From NCBI GenBank assembly GCA_007224835.1, contig SRMA01025500.1, forward strand, positions 85,870 to 149,869: a stretch of 64,000 nucleotides of DNA, written 5' to 3'. A program made the translations under genes and the position numbers. The stretch comes from Danionella cerebrum (Eukaryota). Shown piece after piece: positions 62,250 through 64,000 of the stretch (position 1 is the stretch's first letter; the number at the start of each line of letters is the position of its first letter). Under the pieces are notes generated by a model that did not search any database, had not been told where the DNA came from, and saw nothing but the letters and a program-made list of their open reading frames with translations.

Positions 62250-62436
62250 AGCGTCTTTTTAGCCACGCCCCTCAAACCTACGCGTGAGGTGATTGGACGG
62301 TGCCAGGCTTTCTCAGATTACGCGAGAAAAAGTTTAGTCTGGACTGGAAGTTTGAGTCGAGAACCGATTTTAGTTTATATTTCCCCGAACCTTCTATTAA
62401 TAGAATTAATTATATCGTGAAAAAGAATCTACAACT
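62190..62436 (+). promoter_or_regulatory. trim45: trim45 5' region: (GA)n tract, GC box (ccacgcccc), inverted CCAAT (gtgattggacgg), 5' UTR
   Basis: Motifs read directly from sequence, immediately upstream of the trim45 ATG. TSS not determinable. Confidence 0.35.
62205..62250. repeat. (GA)n microsatellite just upstream of trim45 start
   Basis: gagagagagagagagagagagagagagagag. Confidence 0.9.
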
Positions 62437-62915
62437 ATGTCGCTTTGCCAAGAAGGGATAAATGATATTAAACCGTCAGAAACTGTTTTTAAACCAAGGA
62501 ATGACGAAACTAGAGATGAGTCAGACGCTATGGGAATTTTAACGAAGTCCAGAGCGGTTTGTGCGGTGTGTAATCGTTTGTATCGAGAGCCCAAAATCCT
62601 GCCTTGTTTACACACGTTTTGCTCGGATTGCATTCGCCAGCTCGAGCCGTTCTCGGTGTGCCGCCTGGACGGAGATCGAGGCTCGCCCGAGGATGGCTCC
62701 GCGATCCTGTGTCCCGAGTGCGATTCAGAGGTGGATCTGCCCCCGTCAGGAGTGGACGGATTGAGTACTGATCACCTTGCTCTGGACGAGGTGTTCGCGG
62801 AGACCCTGCGGGTAGAGAGCAGTGTTGTGTGCGACCTGTGCAGCGACGGCGAGGCGGGGAAGCGATGCGAGGTGTGCTCGGTGAACCTCTGCGACTTCTG
62901 CAGCCTGGCGCACAG
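62437..62915 (+). CDS. trim45: trim45 first coding exon: RING finger + B-box 1
   Basis: CAVCNRLYREPKILPCLHTFCSDCIRQLEPFSV..ILCPECDSEVDLPPSGVDGLSTDHLALDEV...VVCDLCSDGEAGKRCEVCSVNLCDFCSLAHR matches human TRIM45 CPLCLGLFKAPRLLPCLHTVCTTCLEQLEPFSV..ILCPVCDAQVDLPMGGVKALTIDHLAVNDV...LVCDLCNDREVEKRCQTCKANLCHFCCQAHR. Donor AG|gtacct at 62916. Confidence 0.8.
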
Positions 62916-63289
62916 GTACCTTCTGCTGGACTTCTTTCATCCACACCCTTTATCCTTGATTGTGTGTCTGAAACACAAAATATGTTGTGGTAGGACATCA
63001 CCCTCAAAATTTTCCCGCTTTGGAGCCATTCAAGTGCCCATATACAGTTGAGGTCAAAATTATTCCCTCGCCGTGATTTTGCGCCTCTTTTTGTTATGTT
63101 TACAATTCCAAAACTTGATGTTAATTCAGGATATATTGTTGTGTTTGAAATTAAACAAGCAGTAAACTATTTAAACAAGAATAAAACACCTGGTCAACAA
63201 TATTAGCTCTTTGATGTTAATAGTCGATAGATAATCCCCTTTACTGTAGTTCTCAGCAAGTCTCAAGCATATCACCTGGAGAATAAAAT

Positions 63290-64000
63290 CCAAGTCACTA
63301 CTTTACAAGCCAAGTCAAGTCCCAAGTGAGAACATGGCAAGTCTGAGTCAAGTTCCAAGTGAAAGCAAAGAAAGTCAGAGTTAAAGCAGGACAAGTCCAA
63401 GTCAAGTTCCAAGTCAAGGCAGGGTAAGTCCAAGTAAAGTCTAAAGTCAAAGCAGTGCAAGTACGAGTCAAGTCCAGAGTGAAAGCAGGGCAAATCTGAG
63501 TCAAGTCCCAAGTCAAGGCAGAGCAAGTCTGAATCAAGTCCCAAGTCAAAGCAAGGCAAATCTTAGTCAAGTCTCAAGTCAAAGCAGGTCAAGTCTGAGT
63601 CAAGTCCCAAATCAAAGCAGGGCAAGTCCCAGGTCAAAGCAGGGCAAGTCTTAGTCAAGTTCCAAGTCAAAGCAGGGCAAGTCCCAGGTCAAAGCAGGGC
63701 AAGTCTTAGTCAAGTTCCAAGTCAAAGCAGGGCAAGTCCCAGGTCAAAGCAGGGCAAGTCTTAGTCAAGTTCCAAGTCAAAGCAGGGCAAGTCCCAGGTC
63801 AAAGCAGGGCAAGTCTTAGTCAAGTTCCAAGTCAAAGCAGGGCAAGTCCAAGTGAAGTCCCAAGGCAAGGCAGGGAAAGTCTGAGTCAAAGCAGGGCAAG
63901 TCCCAAGTCAAGTCCCTAGTCAAAGCAGGGAAAGTTTGTGTCAAAGCAAGACAAGTCCAAGTCAAGTTCCAAGTTAAGGCAGGGCAAGTCAAGTGTAAAG
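63290..64000. repeat. Minisatellite in trim45 intron 1 (55-bp unit x >=4 exact, within a ~21-bp periodic caagtc..agcagggcaagt array); extends beyond window end
   Basis: gtcaaagcagggcaagtcccaggtcaaagcagggcaagtcttagtcaagttccaa repeated exactly at 63640, 63695, 63750 and 63805. Generates spurious ORFs 63272-63570 on the minus strand. Confidence 0.9.

Noticed and set aside
62528-63007. 159-aa minus-strand ORF rich in R/P/S
   Set aside because: Antisense reading of the GC-rich trim45 RING/B-box exon. The plus strand carries the clear TRIM45 homology.
63272-63570. Two overlapping minus-strand ORFs (LDSDLPCF..., LTWDLTQTC...)
   Set aside because: Generated by the 21/55-bp minisatellite in trim45 intron 1. 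Periodic sequence, not coding.
1-64000. Expectation of a prokaryotic-style novel system (defence island, operon, CRISPR)
   Set aside because: The sequence is clearly vertebrate: spliced multi-exon genes with GT-AG introns, and Tc1 and SINE repeats. No prokaryotic gene organisation, CRISPR repeats, rRNA or tRNA genes are present.

Overview
This window is vertebrate genomic DNA, very probably cyprinid fish (zebrafish-like repeats: Tc1-like DNA transposons, DANA/tRNA-derived SINEs, minisatellites). It is not prokaryotic, so there are no operons, CRISPR arrays or defence islands. It holds four protein-coding loci with spliced gene models read directly from the sequence.

(1) parp4 (vault poly-ADP-ribose polymerase), + strand. 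At least 34 coding exons lie between 16626 and 48444. The domain order is BRCT, PARP catalytic, VIT, vWA, a proline-rich exon, then the C-terminal MVP-binding-like region. The introns carry a heavy transposon load.

(2) and (3) Two paralogous two-exon genes on the - strand flank parp4, at 12765-15196 and 49560-51194. Each encodes a roughly 265-aa four-TM protein with the CPC/CSC motif, the LDGxxYVC motif and a CLK..Y..Y post-TM4 helix. I interpret these as CALHM/FAM26-family (calcium homeostasis modulator)-like channels. The upstream copy is head-to-head with parp4, with a CCAAT/GC/TATA promoter and a CTCF-like motif between them.

(4) A B7-family gene most similar to VTCN1/B7-H4, + strand, 55505-60995. 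It has a signal-peptide exon, an IgV exon, an IgC exon and a short exon with a GPI-anchor-like hydrophobic C-terminus.

The 5' coding exon (RING + B-box) of trim45 follows at 62437-62915, + strand. The vtcn1-trim45 adjacency matches human 1p13.1.

The first ~12 kb appears intergenic and repeat-rich. All exon coordinates were hand-derived from frame and splice-site inspection, so they may be off by 1-2 nt. I found no rRNA, tRNA or CRISPR features and claim no undescribed prokaryotic-style system.
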